From the IMG/VR virus record IMGVR_UViG_3300032253_000015, positions 1 to 37,168 of that record: a DNA stretch of 37,168 nt, one strand, 5' to 3'. This stretch comes from a virus (Duplodnaviria > Caudoviricetes). Position 1 is the stretch's first letter; each line of letters starts with the position of its first letter. This document shows, in pieces, positions 8,770 to 17,838 of the stretch. A program made the position numbers and the translations under genes. The notes beneath the pieces were generated by a model. That model saw only the letters and a list, made by a program, of their open reading frames with translations, made no database searches and was not told the DNA's origin.

Positions 8770-9112
8770 TGGTTCCTACATGAAGAAATGGCGGGTGGCG
8801 AACCCCGAGAAATGGCTTGTGTCGTCGTGTAAGCAGACAGCGCGAAACAAAAGGTTGCCGTTCGACATAACCCACGAGGATATCTCAATACCGACACACT
8901 GCCCAATTCTCGGTATAGAGCTTCGGATGGGCACAGAGGGGTTGTAAGCTTGCCGCGACGCAGCGCCTTCAATTGACAGAATAGTTCCTGAGAAGGGCTA
9001 TATTCGCGGCAACGTCGTTGTGGTATCGTTCAGAGCGAACCGTATCAAATCAAACGCTACCGCTGACGAGATACTCGCTGTCGGTCGCTTCTACAAGGAA
9101 CTTTTAGAATGA
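8762..9112 (+). pseudogene. HNH-type homing endonuclease interrupted by an in-frame TAA
   Basis: CPILGIEL precedes the stop at 8945-8947. The same frame continues ACRDAAPSIDRIVPEKGYIRGNVVVVSFRANRIKSNAT...LLE to TGA at 9110-9112, overlapping the next ATG. Confidence 0.85.
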
Positions 9113-9540
9113 AGAACGCATTCCACGAGCACCTGGCACGCCAATGCGCTGTCGGGCGCGAAAAATTCGGTCCGAACGAACGCCGCGACGGTGTGCGCGA
9201 GCACATCCTGCAGGAGTTCGAAGAGATCGACGCCGCAGTCGATCAGAACGAGGTCGCCCTTGAATGGACAGACGTCGTGATCCTCGCAATGGATGGGCAC
9301 TTGCGCGCCGTGCGCGAGATGCTTCGCGAGAAGCTGAAAGGCGCACCTGAAGGCCCTAACACAGACGCTCACGGTAACCTGATCGGGTTCAGCGGCGAGC
9401 CGACCAACGATTGCGTTGCAGGCGTCGCGTTGACCATGATCACAACGAAGCAGGGGAAGAACGAGCTCCGCGACTTCGGCGACTGGCGGGGTGCATCGGA
9501 AGACGAACCGATCAACCACAAGGCAGGTGACCATGACTGA
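9109..9540 (+). CDS. DUF550-type dATP/dGTP pyrophosphohydrolase (MazG-like fold)
   Basis: HLARQ...FGP..R..GVREHILQEFEEI...EWTDVVILAMDG...KQGKNELRDFGDWR pattern. Confidence 0.8.
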   Translation: MKNAFHEHLARQCAVGREKFGPNERRDGVREHILQEFEEIDAAVDQNEVALEWTDVVILAMDGHLRAVREMLREKLKGAPEGPNTDAHGNLIGFSGEPTNDCVAGVALTMITTKQGKNELRDFGDWRGASEDEPINHKAGDHD

Positions 9541-10189
9541 TCTGCGCACCCTCGTCTTCGACACCGAGACCAACGGCAAGCGCCCGAAAGGGCGTGACGT
9601 GCCGCTCGCTTTGGAGCCCGCGATCACGCAGATCGCGGCAATCCTGTTCTGGGGCCGTCGCCCCGTCGCGCACCTGTCCTGCTTTGTTCAGCCGTTGAAC
9701 GGGCAAGGCCAGCCTGCGGAAATCCCGAACGAGAAGTTCTTCATCGACTCGGGCATCACGCAGGAAACGGTCGACGCTGTGGGACGTCCTCTCAAGACGG
9801 GTCTTGCAGAATTCAACCAGATGGTGAAGGTCGCCGACCGCGTCGTCGCGCACAACATTCAGTTCGACGACCCTGTGACACGCGGGAACTACTCGCGCAT
9901 CGCGGCGCCTCAGCGGGAATACTGGGACACACCCAAATTCTGCACCATGAAAACCTTGGAGCCCGTCTTGAAACTGCCGGGCAAATATGGCTACAAATTC
10001 CCAACGCTCGACGAAAGCTACCGCGCACTCGTTGACCCGATGGGTTTTGAAGGTGCGCACGATGCCATGGTCGACGTTAAGGCCTGTGCCAAGGTGCTTT
10101 GGGCTGTCGAAGACGCAATTGCCGCCGGTGACGAGCGGTTCGAGGGACATCCTATCTGGCAGCTGCCCGAGAATTGGCCCGCAGAGTAA
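9533..10189 (+). CDS. DEDDh 3'-5' exonuclease (DnaQ/epsilon-like)
   Basis: VFDTETNG, VAHNIQFD, CTM, AHDAMVDV. Confidence 0.9.
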   Translation: MTDLRTLVFDTETNGKRPKGRDVPLALEPAITQIAAILFWGRRPVAHLSCFVQPLNGQGQPAEIPNEKFFIDSGITQETVDAVGRPLKTGLAEFNQMVKVADRVVAHNIQFDDPVTRGNYSRIAAPQREYWDTPKFCTMKTLEPVLKLPGKYGYKFPTLDESYRALVDPMGFEGAHDAMVDVKACAKVLWAVEDAIAAGDERFEGHPIWQLPENWPAE

Positions 10190-10200
10190 CGGAGAAAGAA

Positions 10201-11166
10201 ATGCAAGAAGCCTATACCAAAGTACGGCCCGCCTGTGACATGGCGGGCGTCCTGTCCGACGAGGCGTCGGTCGGTGTCGTCAACGGTCGCATGGAGGCCT
10301 TCAACAAGCAGTTGATGGTATCGGTTCCATGCGACCTTCCCGACTATTCTGTCGCAGTCGTGGACCTCGATTTTGCGTTGCGCAAAGTCACCGACCCGAC
10401 TGTGAAAGTCACCGACGCAAACCTGATCCTGAAAGGCGGGGGCACGACGCGAGTCAAGCGCCTCGTCAATCGGGATCCGCTAAAGAAGCCGGACATCGAG
10501 ACAGCGCCCATCGAAAACCTGGACGACCTAATGGGCGCAGTCGACGACGTTTTTGCGTTCACCGAGGGCGATCCTGCCCGTCCGTGGTCGGAAGGCGCTC
10601 GTTTCGACGGTAACACGGTCACCGCAACCAATTCCGTGATGCTGTGCCAAGCCAAGCTCGCGAGCTCTTCGGGGCTCGACGGTGTGACGGTATCTCGTGC
10701 GGCTCTCGCCTACATGCGTCAGAGACGCGAAGATCTGAAGGCGTGGGGCGTATCGGAACGCGGGATCATGATAGAATTCTCGGACGGGTCCTGGGCTGTC
10801 GCAGGTCGCATGGCGATGGAAATGCCCGACGCGGCGGTGTCCCTCGTTCAAACCGCGATCAACGATTGGGAGGGAATGCGTGACGTCGATGGCGAGTACC
10901 GCGGTGCCTTCCTTCGTGCAGCCGACTGGGCTTCTGAATTGATCAAGATTTACCCAGACCGTCTGTTGACGGGACGTCACTCGTCCGAACATGATGAACC
11001 CGCAGAGACCGAACTCGGTGACGCGGAAGAAGCAGTGTTCGCTGCCAAGTCGCTCGTCACCGTTATGGCGGTCGCTGCAACTGTCGGTTTCGACCGATAT
11101 CCACGTCCCGTCCCGTTCACAACGGTTCGAGGTTCTCAGGGCCTAATCGCAGGCCGCACATCCTAG
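10201..11166 (+). CDS. Putative sliding clamp (DNA polymerase III beta-like)
   Basis: About 320 aa. FAFTEGDPARPWSEGARF...VTATNSVML resembles beta-clamp domain 2 (FA.S.D..RP.L.G...VATDGHRL). A clamp loader gene is nearby. ACGGAGA RBS. Confidence 0.6.
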   Translation: MQEAYTKVRPACDMAGVLSDEASVGVVNGRMEAFNKQLMVSVPCDLPDYSVAVVDLDFALRKVTDPTVKVTDANLILKGGGTTRVKRLVNRDPLKKPDIETAPIENLDDLMGAVDDVFAFTEGDPARPWSEGARFDGNTVTATNSVMLCQAKLASSSGLDGVTVSRAALAYMRQRREDLKAWGVSERGIMIEFSDGSWAVAGRMAMEMPDAAVSLVQTAINDWEGMRDVDGEYRGAFLRAADWASELIKIYPDRLLTGRHSSEHDEPAETELGDAEEAVFAAKSLVTVMAVAATVGFDRYPRPVPFTTVRGSQGLIAGRTS

Positions 11167-11179
11167 GAGGAAACAACGG

Positions 11180-11578
11180 ATGAATATTTTCGCAAAACTC
11201 GCAGACACGCTCTTTGGTTCGAAGGAGCAGAAGACAGCCATCCCAGGCGCAATGGGTGATCTCCTCGCAACGATGGGCATCCACGAATTGGACCCGCACG
11301 TTCGTTCCGGCACACCTCTGAACGTCCTGCAAGGCTGCAAGAAGAAACTCGTCCTCGTACCAGGCGCATCGCGTCCCGCGTTCTCGAAGCGCGGCAAGCC
11401 CATCATGGCGAAGGACAAGCACGGGCGGACCTATCACGTCATGGAAAACTACGGCATCCCGTCGAAGCAGTGGAAGGCCATGCAGCGCGATCAGGAACGC
11501 AAGGCCCGCGGCCTGTCCTACAACGGTGAGCCGACTGCTGACCGCGACGCTCGCCGCGCAAAGATGGTGGCTGCATAA
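11180..11578 (+). CDS. Hypothetical basic protein
   Basis: AGGAGG RBS, TAATG overlap with queE. No recognised motif. Confidence 0.75.
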   Translation: MNIFAKLADTLFGSKEQKTAIPGAMGDLLATMGIHELDPHVRSGTPLNVLQGCKKKLVLVPGASRPAFSKRGKPIMAKDKHGRTYHVMENYGIPSKQWKAMQRDQERKARGLSYNGEPTADRDARRAKMVAA

Positions 11579-12396
11579 TGTTCGGCAAGAACGAGATTGT
11601 TGGGAAGCGTCACTTCCCCGACGAGGACCAGCTCCTGGTCACGTCGTACTTCGTCACGTTGCAGGGGGAGGGTCCGTTCTCGGGCCTTCCTGCTGTCTTC
11701 GTGCGCCTCGCAAAGTGCAACCTGGCGTGCTCGTTCTGCGACACCTACTTTGACTCAGGCGACTGGATGTCGTTTGATGACTTGGACGCTCGTTTAAACG
11801 ACGAGGTCTGGGACACACCGCTCGACTCAAAGGACTATGTTCTGGTGATCACGGGCGGCGAGCCAATGCTGCAACAGGCTCTGGGTCACTGGCTCAAGAC
11901 GCAGGTCGGTAAATGGCGCAACATGCAGATCGAGTCGAACGGCACAGCGTTCCAGGTGATCGACGACGCAGTGACCATGGTCGTGTCGCCCAAGTGTCGC
12001 GAAAAGGCGCACCGCGCTGTCGCATACCTGAAGCCGCACCGCCAGATGATCGAACGCGCCGACTGCCTCAAGTTCGTGATGGGGGCAGACCCCACGTCGC
12101 CTTACTCGTCGATCCCGGATTGGGCGTTCGATTGGAAGCGGGAAACAGGTGGCGACATCTACGTCTCGCCCATGAACGTCTACAACCGCGAACCTCAGAA
12201 AGCGAAGACGGCCCGCAACAGCAACGAAACGACGATCCAAGGCCGTTCGCGCGTCGAGGAAGTCATCTCGTTCTGGGAACCCGGCTTGCTCGACCTTGAG
12301 TCGAACGAACGCAACCACCGGTTCACCGCGGAATACGCTGTCGCGAACGGCCTGCGGTTCCAGGTTCAGGCACACCTCTACGCCGGGATGGCGTAA
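11578..12396 (+). CDS. queE: 7-carboxy-7-deazaguanine synthase (radical SAM)
   Basis: TLQGEG, FVRLAKCNLACSFCDT (CxxxCxxC), VITGGEPMLQ, IESNGT, VSPK, QAHLY. Confidence 0.93.
   Translation: MFGKNEIVGKRHFPDEDQLLVTSYFVTLQGEGPFSGLPAVFVRLAKCNLACSFCDTYFDSGDWMSFDDLDARLNDEVWDTPLDSKDYVLVITGGEPMLQQALGHWLKTQVGKWRNMQIESNGTAFQVIDDAVTMVVSPKCREKAHRAVAYLKPHRQMIERADCLKFVMGADPTSPYSSIPDWAFDWKRETGGDIYVSPMNVYNREPQKAKTARNSNETTIQGRSRVEEVISFWEPGLLDLESNERNHRFTAEYAVANGLRFQVQAHLYAGMA
11791..11800. repeat. Dispersed palindrome CGTTTAAACG copy 3
   Basis: Inside queE, read as R-L(TTA)-N. Confidence 0.95.
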
Positions 12397-12397
12397 C

Positions 12398-14389
12398 ATG
12401 GTCGGAATCGTCAACGGCGAATTCGATTTTGGTGGTTCGGTCAAGCCGGTCAAAAAGACCCCTGCCCAAGCAAAGAAAATCTTCGACGCGTCCGGCGCGT
12501 CGCAAGAAATCCCGGAAGGATACGCGCCTCCCGAGTATCGTTCGATTGAGGGCCTGAAACGCATCGCACTCGACATTGAGGGGCATGACCCTAATCTCGA
12601 CGAGTTAGGCCCGGGCGCTCACCGACCTGAAGGCAAAGTAGTGGGCGTCGCAATCGGCTACTCAAAGAGAGACGCGGCGTACTACCCCACTTCTCATGAT
12701 GTGGGCCCGAATGTCGAGGATCCAGACAAGTTCTACCAGCAGTTGGCTGACGAGGCGAAAGACTTCGAAGGCGAGATGGTGGGCGCCAACCTGCAGTACG
12801 ACCTCGACTGGCTGCGAACGCGTCACGGCGTGGTCTTCCCGAAAGCCAAGTTCCGCGACGTGCAGATTGCCGCGCCGTTGCTCGACGAGAATCGCCTGAC
12901 CTACAAACTCGGCGCGCTCGCGAAGGACGTCCTTGGGAAAGCCAAAACGGACGAGGACTTGCGTCGTCTATACGGGAGCGGGTATATCAAGAACATGCAC
13001 CTGGTGCACCCCGCACACGCTGCTGTCTATGGCGCGGGCGACGTCACGTTGCCTTGGGAGATCATGGAGGAGCAAGAACGCCTGCTCGAGGCGGACGGTC
13101 TCACTGACCTGTTCCACCTGGAATCTGCGTTGTTCCCGTTGCTGCTCGAGATGCGTTCCGTGGGCGTTCGCGTCAACATCGACAAGGCGCAAGAGTCCTA
13201 TGACGCTCTGAAGGAGGAGCAAGCCGAGATCGAAGCACGAGTGTCCGAGATGGGGCAGGCGCGTGTCGATATTTGGTCAGCGGAATCAATCGCGGTAGCG
13301 TATGAGAACCTTGGGATCGAATACAACAAAACGAAGACGGGCAAGCCGTCCTTCACCAAGGACTACTTCAACAGCTCGACCCATGAGATCTCCAAGCTGA
13401 TCAACCAGGCCCGCACCAACGACAAGATCGCCGGGACCTTCATCAAATCCTATATCCTGGACGGTCACATCGACGGGCGTCTTCACTGCATGTTCAACCA
13501 GCTGAAGTCAGACGGCTCAGGAACGGTGTCAGGCCGCTTCTCGTCGTCGGGACCGAACCTGCAGAACATCCCGGCACGGCACCCGATCTTCGGTCCTATG
13601 ATGCGTTCCATGTTCATCCCAGAAGAGGGTATGCGCTGGGGCTCGCTCGACTGGTCGCAAATTGAATACCGCCTCCTGGTTCACTATGCGTCGATCACGA
13701 AAGGCATTGACGCGTCCAACGCGGTTCGGATGTACCGTCAGGATCCCAAGACTGACTTCCACACGATGGCCGCTGAGATCGCGGGTGTTGATCGGAAGGA
13801 AGCCAAGGGCGTCAACTTCGGTGTTGTTTACGGGATGGGTGTTCCTACGCTCGCGAACAACCTTGGAATCACCGTTGACGAAGCCAAGGCGATCATGGCG
13901 AAGTTCCAAGACAACGCTCCCTTTATGAAGGGGATGCTTGATCGGTGTTCGAACGCGGCGAGCAATCGCGGTTTCATTCGCACGATCCTGGGTCGGAAGC
14001 GTCGTTTCGATGTGTTCGAGGTCAAGGTCGCAGGCGAGGAACCTGCCTACATTCGCGAACCTGAACTGGACGCGTTCTGTGAAGGCAAGCGCATTCGTTC
14101 GACACGTCGCGCATTCACTCACGCGGCATTGAACTCACTCCTGCAAGGCTCGGCTGCTGACCTGATGAAAAAGGCGATGGTCGAGATGTGGGATGCTGGT
14201 CTATTCGCGGAAGGCCTTTTGGTCCCACACCTGACAGTCCACGACGAGTTCAACAGCTCGGTGCCCGACACGAAAGCAGGTACTGAGGCATTCAACGAGA
14301 TGCGACACATCATGGAAACGACGCTCAAGCTAGACATTCCTGTCCTCGCGGACGGAACGATGGGCGGCAATTGGGATGAAGCGAAGTGA
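12398..14389 (+). CDS. polA: Family A DNA polymerase with 3'-5' exonuclease domain
   Basis: LDIE (ExoI), ANLQYDL, SGRFSSSGPNLQNIP, DWSQIEYR (motif A), RKEAKGVNFGVVYG (motif B, Phe at the 762-equivalent), TVHDE (motif C). Confidence 0.96.
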   Translation: MVGIVNGEFDFGGSVKPVKKTPAQAKKIFDASGASQEIPEGYAPPEYRSIEGLKRIALDIEGHDPNLDELGPGAHRPEGKVVGVAIGYSKRDAAYYPTSHDVGPNVEDPDKFYQQLADEAKDFEGEMVGANLQYDLDWLRTRHGVVFPKAKFRDVQIAAPLLDENRLTYKLGALAKDVLGKAKTDEDLRRLYGSGYIKNMHLVHPAHAAVYGAGDVTLPWEIMEEQERLLEADGLTDLFHLESALFPLLLEMRSVGVRVNIDKAQESYDALKEEQAEIEARVSEMGQARVDIWSAESIAVAYENLGIEYNKTKTGKPSFTKDYFNSSTHEISKLINQARTNDKIAGTFIKSYILDGHIDGRLHCMFNQLKSDGSGTVSGRFSSSGPNLQNIPARHPIFGPMMRSMFIPEEGMRWGSLDWSQIEYRLLVHYASITKGIDASNAVRMYRQDPKTDFHTMAAEIAGVDRKEAKGVNFGVVYGMGVPTLANNLGITVDEAKAIMAKFQDNAPFMKGMLDRCSNAASNRGFIRTILGRKRRFDVFEVKVAGEEPAYIREPELDAFCEGKRIRSTRRAFTHAALNSLLQGSAADLMKKAMVEMWDAGLFAEGLLVPHLTVHDEFNSSVPDTKAGTEAFNEMRHIMETTLKLDIPVLADGTMGGNWDEAK

Positions 14390-14625
14390 CCAAGCTAATG
14401 GATCCCGACGACCTGATGAAGGACCCGCCTCACTGGCTGTTCGAGGTCAGGCTAAACGACGAACCGCGGGCCCGTGTATTCGGGCCCCGGGAAAAGCACA
14501 ACTGGGTTATGTGGCGTCTTTCTAAATACGTCATTGAGTCCTTGAACCATGGTACTGTAACAGTGAAACGGTACACCAACGGAGAATGGAGAGACGCAGA
14601 TGACTGGCGCAAGCTTGCACACTAA
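14386..14625 (+). CDS. Hypothetical protein
   Basis: GTGA overlap with the polA stop. Fills the gap before dnaX. Confidence 0.6.
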   Translation: MTKLMDPDDLMKDPPHWLFEVRLNDEPRARVFGPREKHNWVMWRLSKYVIESLNHGTVTVKRYTNGEWRDADDWRKLAH

Positions 14626-15523
14626 ATACCGGCCCGCAACACTTGACGAGGTCGTGGGTCAAGATCACATCATGGACGGCCTGCGCAAGACGCTGGCTGA
14701 GGGCGAGCAACAGGCTTTCCTATTCGAGGGGCCCAGTGGTACGGGAAAGACCACGCTTGCGCGTATCTGCGCAAAAGAGCTGGGTTGCGCCGAAGTGATC
14801 GAGATCGACGCGGCATCCCACACGGGCGTCGATGCGATGCGAGAGGTTGCTCAGCGAGCGAACTTCGTTTCGATGGATGGCGGCGGGAAAGCATTCATCG
14901 TTGACGAGTGCCACAGGCTGTCGCGTCAGGCGTGGGAGTCGCTCCTGAAAGACATCGAAGAGCCGCCCAAAGGCGTTTACTGGTTCTTCTGCACGACCGA
15001 AGGCAACAAGATCCTGAAACCCGTGCGCACGCGCTGCCTGCCTTACGCGTTGAAGGACGTCCCTTGGCGCAAGCTGCTCGGTCTCCTGAACAAAGTAGCG
15101 AAGGACGAAAGCCTCGACGTGCCCGAGGACGTCCTCGACGTCTGCGCGGAAGAGGCTGACGGCTCACCTCGTCAGGCATTGGTCAACCTCACCGCGACGA
15201 AGCATTGCACAGACGTCGAAGACGCTCGTGCTGCGTTGAACCGGCTCGCCGGGACCAAGGAGGCGTTTGACCTCGCGCGGATGATCGTCAAAAAGGACTA
15301 CCAGTTCAAAGATGCCTGTGCGCTGCTGAAGGCTCTCAAGGACGTACCGCCCGAAGGTATTCGGCACACCGTTCGCGCATATGCGACGACGACGATCCTG
15401 GGCTCTCCCGACAACACATGGGCACGCGGCGTCCTGATGGCTTTCGAGATGCCCTGCGTCGATCAGAACCAGATCAGCGACATCCTGTGCCGCCTGATCA
15501 CAATGGAGAAGTGGAAGCGATGA
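14600..15523 (+). CDS. dnaX: Clamp loader AAA+ ATPase (DNA polymerase III gamma/tau-like)
   Basis: KYRPATLDEVVGQ, GPSGTGKTT, EIDAASHTGVD, IVDECHRLS, TRC, GSPRQAL. Confidence 0.9.
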   Translation: MTGASLHTKYRPATLDEVVGQDHIMDGLRKTLAEGEQQAFLFEGPSGTGKTTLARICAKELGCAEVIEIDAASHTGVDAMREVAQRANFVSMDGGGKAFIVDECHRLSRQAWESLLKDIEEPPKGVYWFFCTTEGNKILKPVRTRCLPYALKDVPWRKLLGLLNKVAKDESLDVPEDVLDVCAEEADGSPRQALVNLTATKHCTDVEDARAALNRLAGTKEAFDLARMIVKKDYQFKDACALLKALKDVPPEGIRHTVRAYATTTILGSPDNTWARGVLMAFEMPCVDQNQISDILCRLITMEKWKR

Positions 15524-15966
15524 ACGAGAAATGGCACCGACGTTTCCTCGCCTTGGCTGCGCAAGTCGCATCCTGGTCGAAGGATCCCAGCACCCAGGTC
15601 GGGTGCGTCCTCGTCAACGACAAACTGCAAGTCGTCGGCATGGGCTACAACGGCTTTCCGCGAGGCGTCGCGGACGGTGCAGATCGCTATGCTGATCGAC
15701 CCACGAAGTATGCCATGGTCGTTCATGCAGAGGCAAACGCAGTCCTGAACGCTGTGGGATCAACGGACGGTGCTGTCGCATACGTCACCCACAAGCCTTG
15801 CGCATCTTGCTCAGGTCTCTTGATCCAGGCGGGCATCCGCTCTATTATCACCTATCCGACCCCCGTGGGTCTCGCTGAACGTTTCTCGGACAGCTTCGCT
15901 GTTTCCGACACGATGCTAGGCGAGGCCCAGGTCGGGTTCCTTGAACTGGAGACACCTTATGGGTAA
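15520..15966 (+). CDS. dCMP deaminase
   Basis: SKDPSTQVG, GYNGFPRG, HAEANA, PCASC. Confidence 0.92.
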   Translation: MNEKWHRRFLALAAQVASWSKDPSTQVGCVLVNDKLQVVGMGYNGFPRGVADGADRYADRPTKYAMVVHAEANAVLNAVGSTDGAVAYVTHKPCASCSGLLIQAGIRSIITYPTPVGLAERFSDSFAVSDTMLGEAQVGFLELETPYG

Positions 15967-16210
15967 CCGACTCCGTATCGTCAAACGATACAACCACCTC
16001 TCGCCCAAGGCGGGCATCGAAGAGGCGGACGTCGTCGAGATCGAAGGCGGTGCAGAAGGTGCCGCCATGTTCGTTTCGAAGATCAATGCCAACAGTCGGA
16101 TCGACTATGAGATCATCGACTGGGAGGTCGCGCTGATCACGAAGATGGAAGGCCCTGAAGTCATCAAGAACGAGACGGGTGGTGCGACGGGCAAACTGAT
16201 TCTACCTTGA
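15959..16210 (+). CDS. Hypothetical protein
   Basis: GGAGA RBS, overlaps the previous stop. Confidence 0.7.
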   Translation: MGNRLRIVKRYNHLSPKAGIEEADVVEIEGGAEGAAMFVSKINANSRIDYEIIDWEVALITKMEGPEVIKNETGGATGKLILP

Positions 16211-16278
16211 TGCGTCGTTGACAAATGCGTGAGCGGTTCGCATCGTTCACGCATCAACTGCAATCAACGGTGCTTACC

Positions 16279-16779
16279 ATGTTCACTTTCAGAATCGCAA
16301 ACGGGATTTCCAACCGACTCACTGTTCAACCCTCAGCCGAGATACTCGACGTGTTCCCGGCAAACTGCTCAGTCACCATGCTGTGCATTGATCGAACGAT
16401 CTACCTAGAGCGCTCGTCGCAAGGCAATTGCGAATGCCTTGAGGGGCAGCCATACTGCAATCCCGACTATCCACGCGCTATCCGTCGCACGATACAGCAC
16501 ACCGACCTTCCCGCGTTCACCGTTGACGAAGCCGACTTCGTTCTCGTTGACGACATGTTCTCCTGGCCAATTCCACCCGATCACGAATTGCCTTGGTCGA
16601 AACTACCTCCGCGCAACAACATCGAAGCAGTCGTCCGCGACCAACTCTCGCGCCGTGTCGCGTCAGCAATTCGCGCAGACGTTGACCTTCGCACCGTGCA
16701 GTCGCGAGTGCCCAATTGGGCCCGTGGAATCCTGCACGCGTCCGAGTGGATGCGCATCATGACCGGGCACGTCGTTTAA
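16279..16779 (+). CDS. Hypothetical protein
   Basis: Open frame after TTGACA (16218) and a hairpin at 16225-16254. Start could be 16225 or 16279. Confidence 0.6.
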   Translation: MFTFRIANGISNRLTVQPSAEILDVFPANCSVTMLCIDRTIYLERSSQGNCECLEGQPYCNPDYPRAIRRTIQHTDLPAFTVDEADFVLVDDMFSWPIPPDHELPWSKLPPRNNIEAVVRDQLSRRVASAIRADVDLRTVQSRVPNWARGILHASEWMRIMTGHVV

Positions 16780-16782
16780 ACG
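16773..16782. repeat. Dispersed palindrome CGTTTAAACG copy 4
   Basis: Supplies the TAA stop of the gene ending at 16779 and lies 2 bp before a -35 box. Confidence 0.95.
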
Positions 16783-16784
16783 AG

Positions 16785-16822
16785 TTGACACCAGGGGTGG
16801 GTTCGCGTATAAGCCAGTTATA
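16785..16822 (+). promoter_or_regulatory. Sigma70-like promoter with TATAA-N5-TTATA dyad
   Basis: TTGACA (16785)-N17-TATAAG (16808). TATAAgccagTTATA at 16808-16822. Confidence 0.8.
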
Positions 16823-16848
16823 GCAACCGACAACAACTGGAGCCCATC

Positions 16849-17148
16849 ATGGCACGCATCACCAAAACTGAGAAGCGCACCTTCACCACAATCGACGAGG
16901 CCGCACGGTTCGTCCGCAACATAGACGGGCGCGTGAGTTTCGCGGTGAAGGTCGAGGCATTCCTGCCCACCGAGAATGACCGCGGTTTCCCGGGAATGAC
17001 CTTCCTGTCCGTTTCGCGTCGTCAATTCATCGAAGTGATCCATGGGATGGGCAAAACCTTGGTCGACAAGCGCGGGGGCAAAATTGTCCTGCGCATCGAC
17101 GCGAACGAGGAATACTCGACCTCACGCGCTCACGTCTCGCTGTACTGA
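16849..17148 (+). CDS. Hypothetical protein
   Basis: First gene after the promoter. CAACTGGAG RBS. Confidence 0.75.
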   Translation: MARITKTEKRTFTTIDEAARFVRNIDGRVSFAVKVEAFLPTENDRGFPGMTFLSVSRRQFIEVIHGMGKTLVDKRGGKIVLRIDANEEYSTSRAHVSLY

Positions 17149-17171
17149 AACCCAATCAACGGAGAACTGAC

Positions 17172-17765
17172 ATGGCACCTCGCAAACGGAAAGCCCCCAT
17201 CAAAACCCGCGAAGAATGGCTGCAAGCCTTCACAACTCACGCCCGCAAGGAATTTGCGCGCCACGGATACAAGATCCCAAAGGTCCGCGTGTCTGTCGGG
17301 TTCACGTCGAGCGGCGCACGCGGCAAAGCCATTGGCGAATGCTGGCAGGGCGAAGCTGTGGAAGACAAAGTCGTCGCGATCTACATCGACCCGCAGCTGG
17401 GCGACGCGTCTCGCATCGCAGACGTCCACACTCACGAACTGATCCACGCCTGCGGCATCCGCGGGCACAAAAAGGACTTCGTCGATTGCATGAAAGCGGT
17501 CGGCTTGATCGGCAAACCCACCGCGACAATCGCGGGCCCCGACTGGCACAAATGGGCGGATCCGATCATCGAAGCGCTCGGGCCTTTGCCTCATGCCCAG
17601 CACAACGTCATGTCCAACGGCAAGGCGAAACAATCCACCCGAATGATCAAATGCGAATGCCGCGAATGTGGTTTTGTATTCCGCACCTCGTCGAAGTGGC
17701 TCGAGTCGGTAGCAGACATCCGCTGCCCTGACCTCGACTGCCGCGGTGAACTTGAAATCGGGTGA
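17172..17765 (+). CDS. SprT-like zinc metalloprotease with C-terminal Zn ribbon
   Basis: HELIH (HExxH), GHKKDF, then KCECRECG...CPDLDC. Confidence 0.75.
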   Translation: MAPRKRKAPIKTREEWLQAFTTHARKEFARHGYKIPKVRVSVGFTSSGARGKAIGECWQGEAVEDKVVAIYIDPQLGDASRIADVHTHELIHACGIRGHKKDFVDCMKAVGLIGKPTATIAGPDWHKWADPIIEALGPLPHAQHNVMSNGKAKQSTRMIKCECRECGFVFRTSSKWLESVADIRCPDLDCRGELEIG

Positions 17766-17838
17766 ACTCCCGACACTGATATTGGAACGCGGTCCTGTCG
17801 TCGATACGATAGGACCGACACACTCGAAAGGAAGCCCG

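Noticed and set aside
8945-8947. Stop-codon reassignment or programmed read-through of TAA
   Set aside because: TAA ends many normal genes here (folE, queF, queE) and no suppressor tRNA is present.
9109-9540. Z-genome (2-aminoadenine) system suggested by DUF550
   Set aside because: No PurZ or DatZ-like gene in this window. The context points to guanine modification, though genes outside the window cannot be excluded.
12398-14389. Intron or intein in the DNA polymerase
   Set aside because: The frame is continuous, motif spacing looks normal and there is no intein-like insert.
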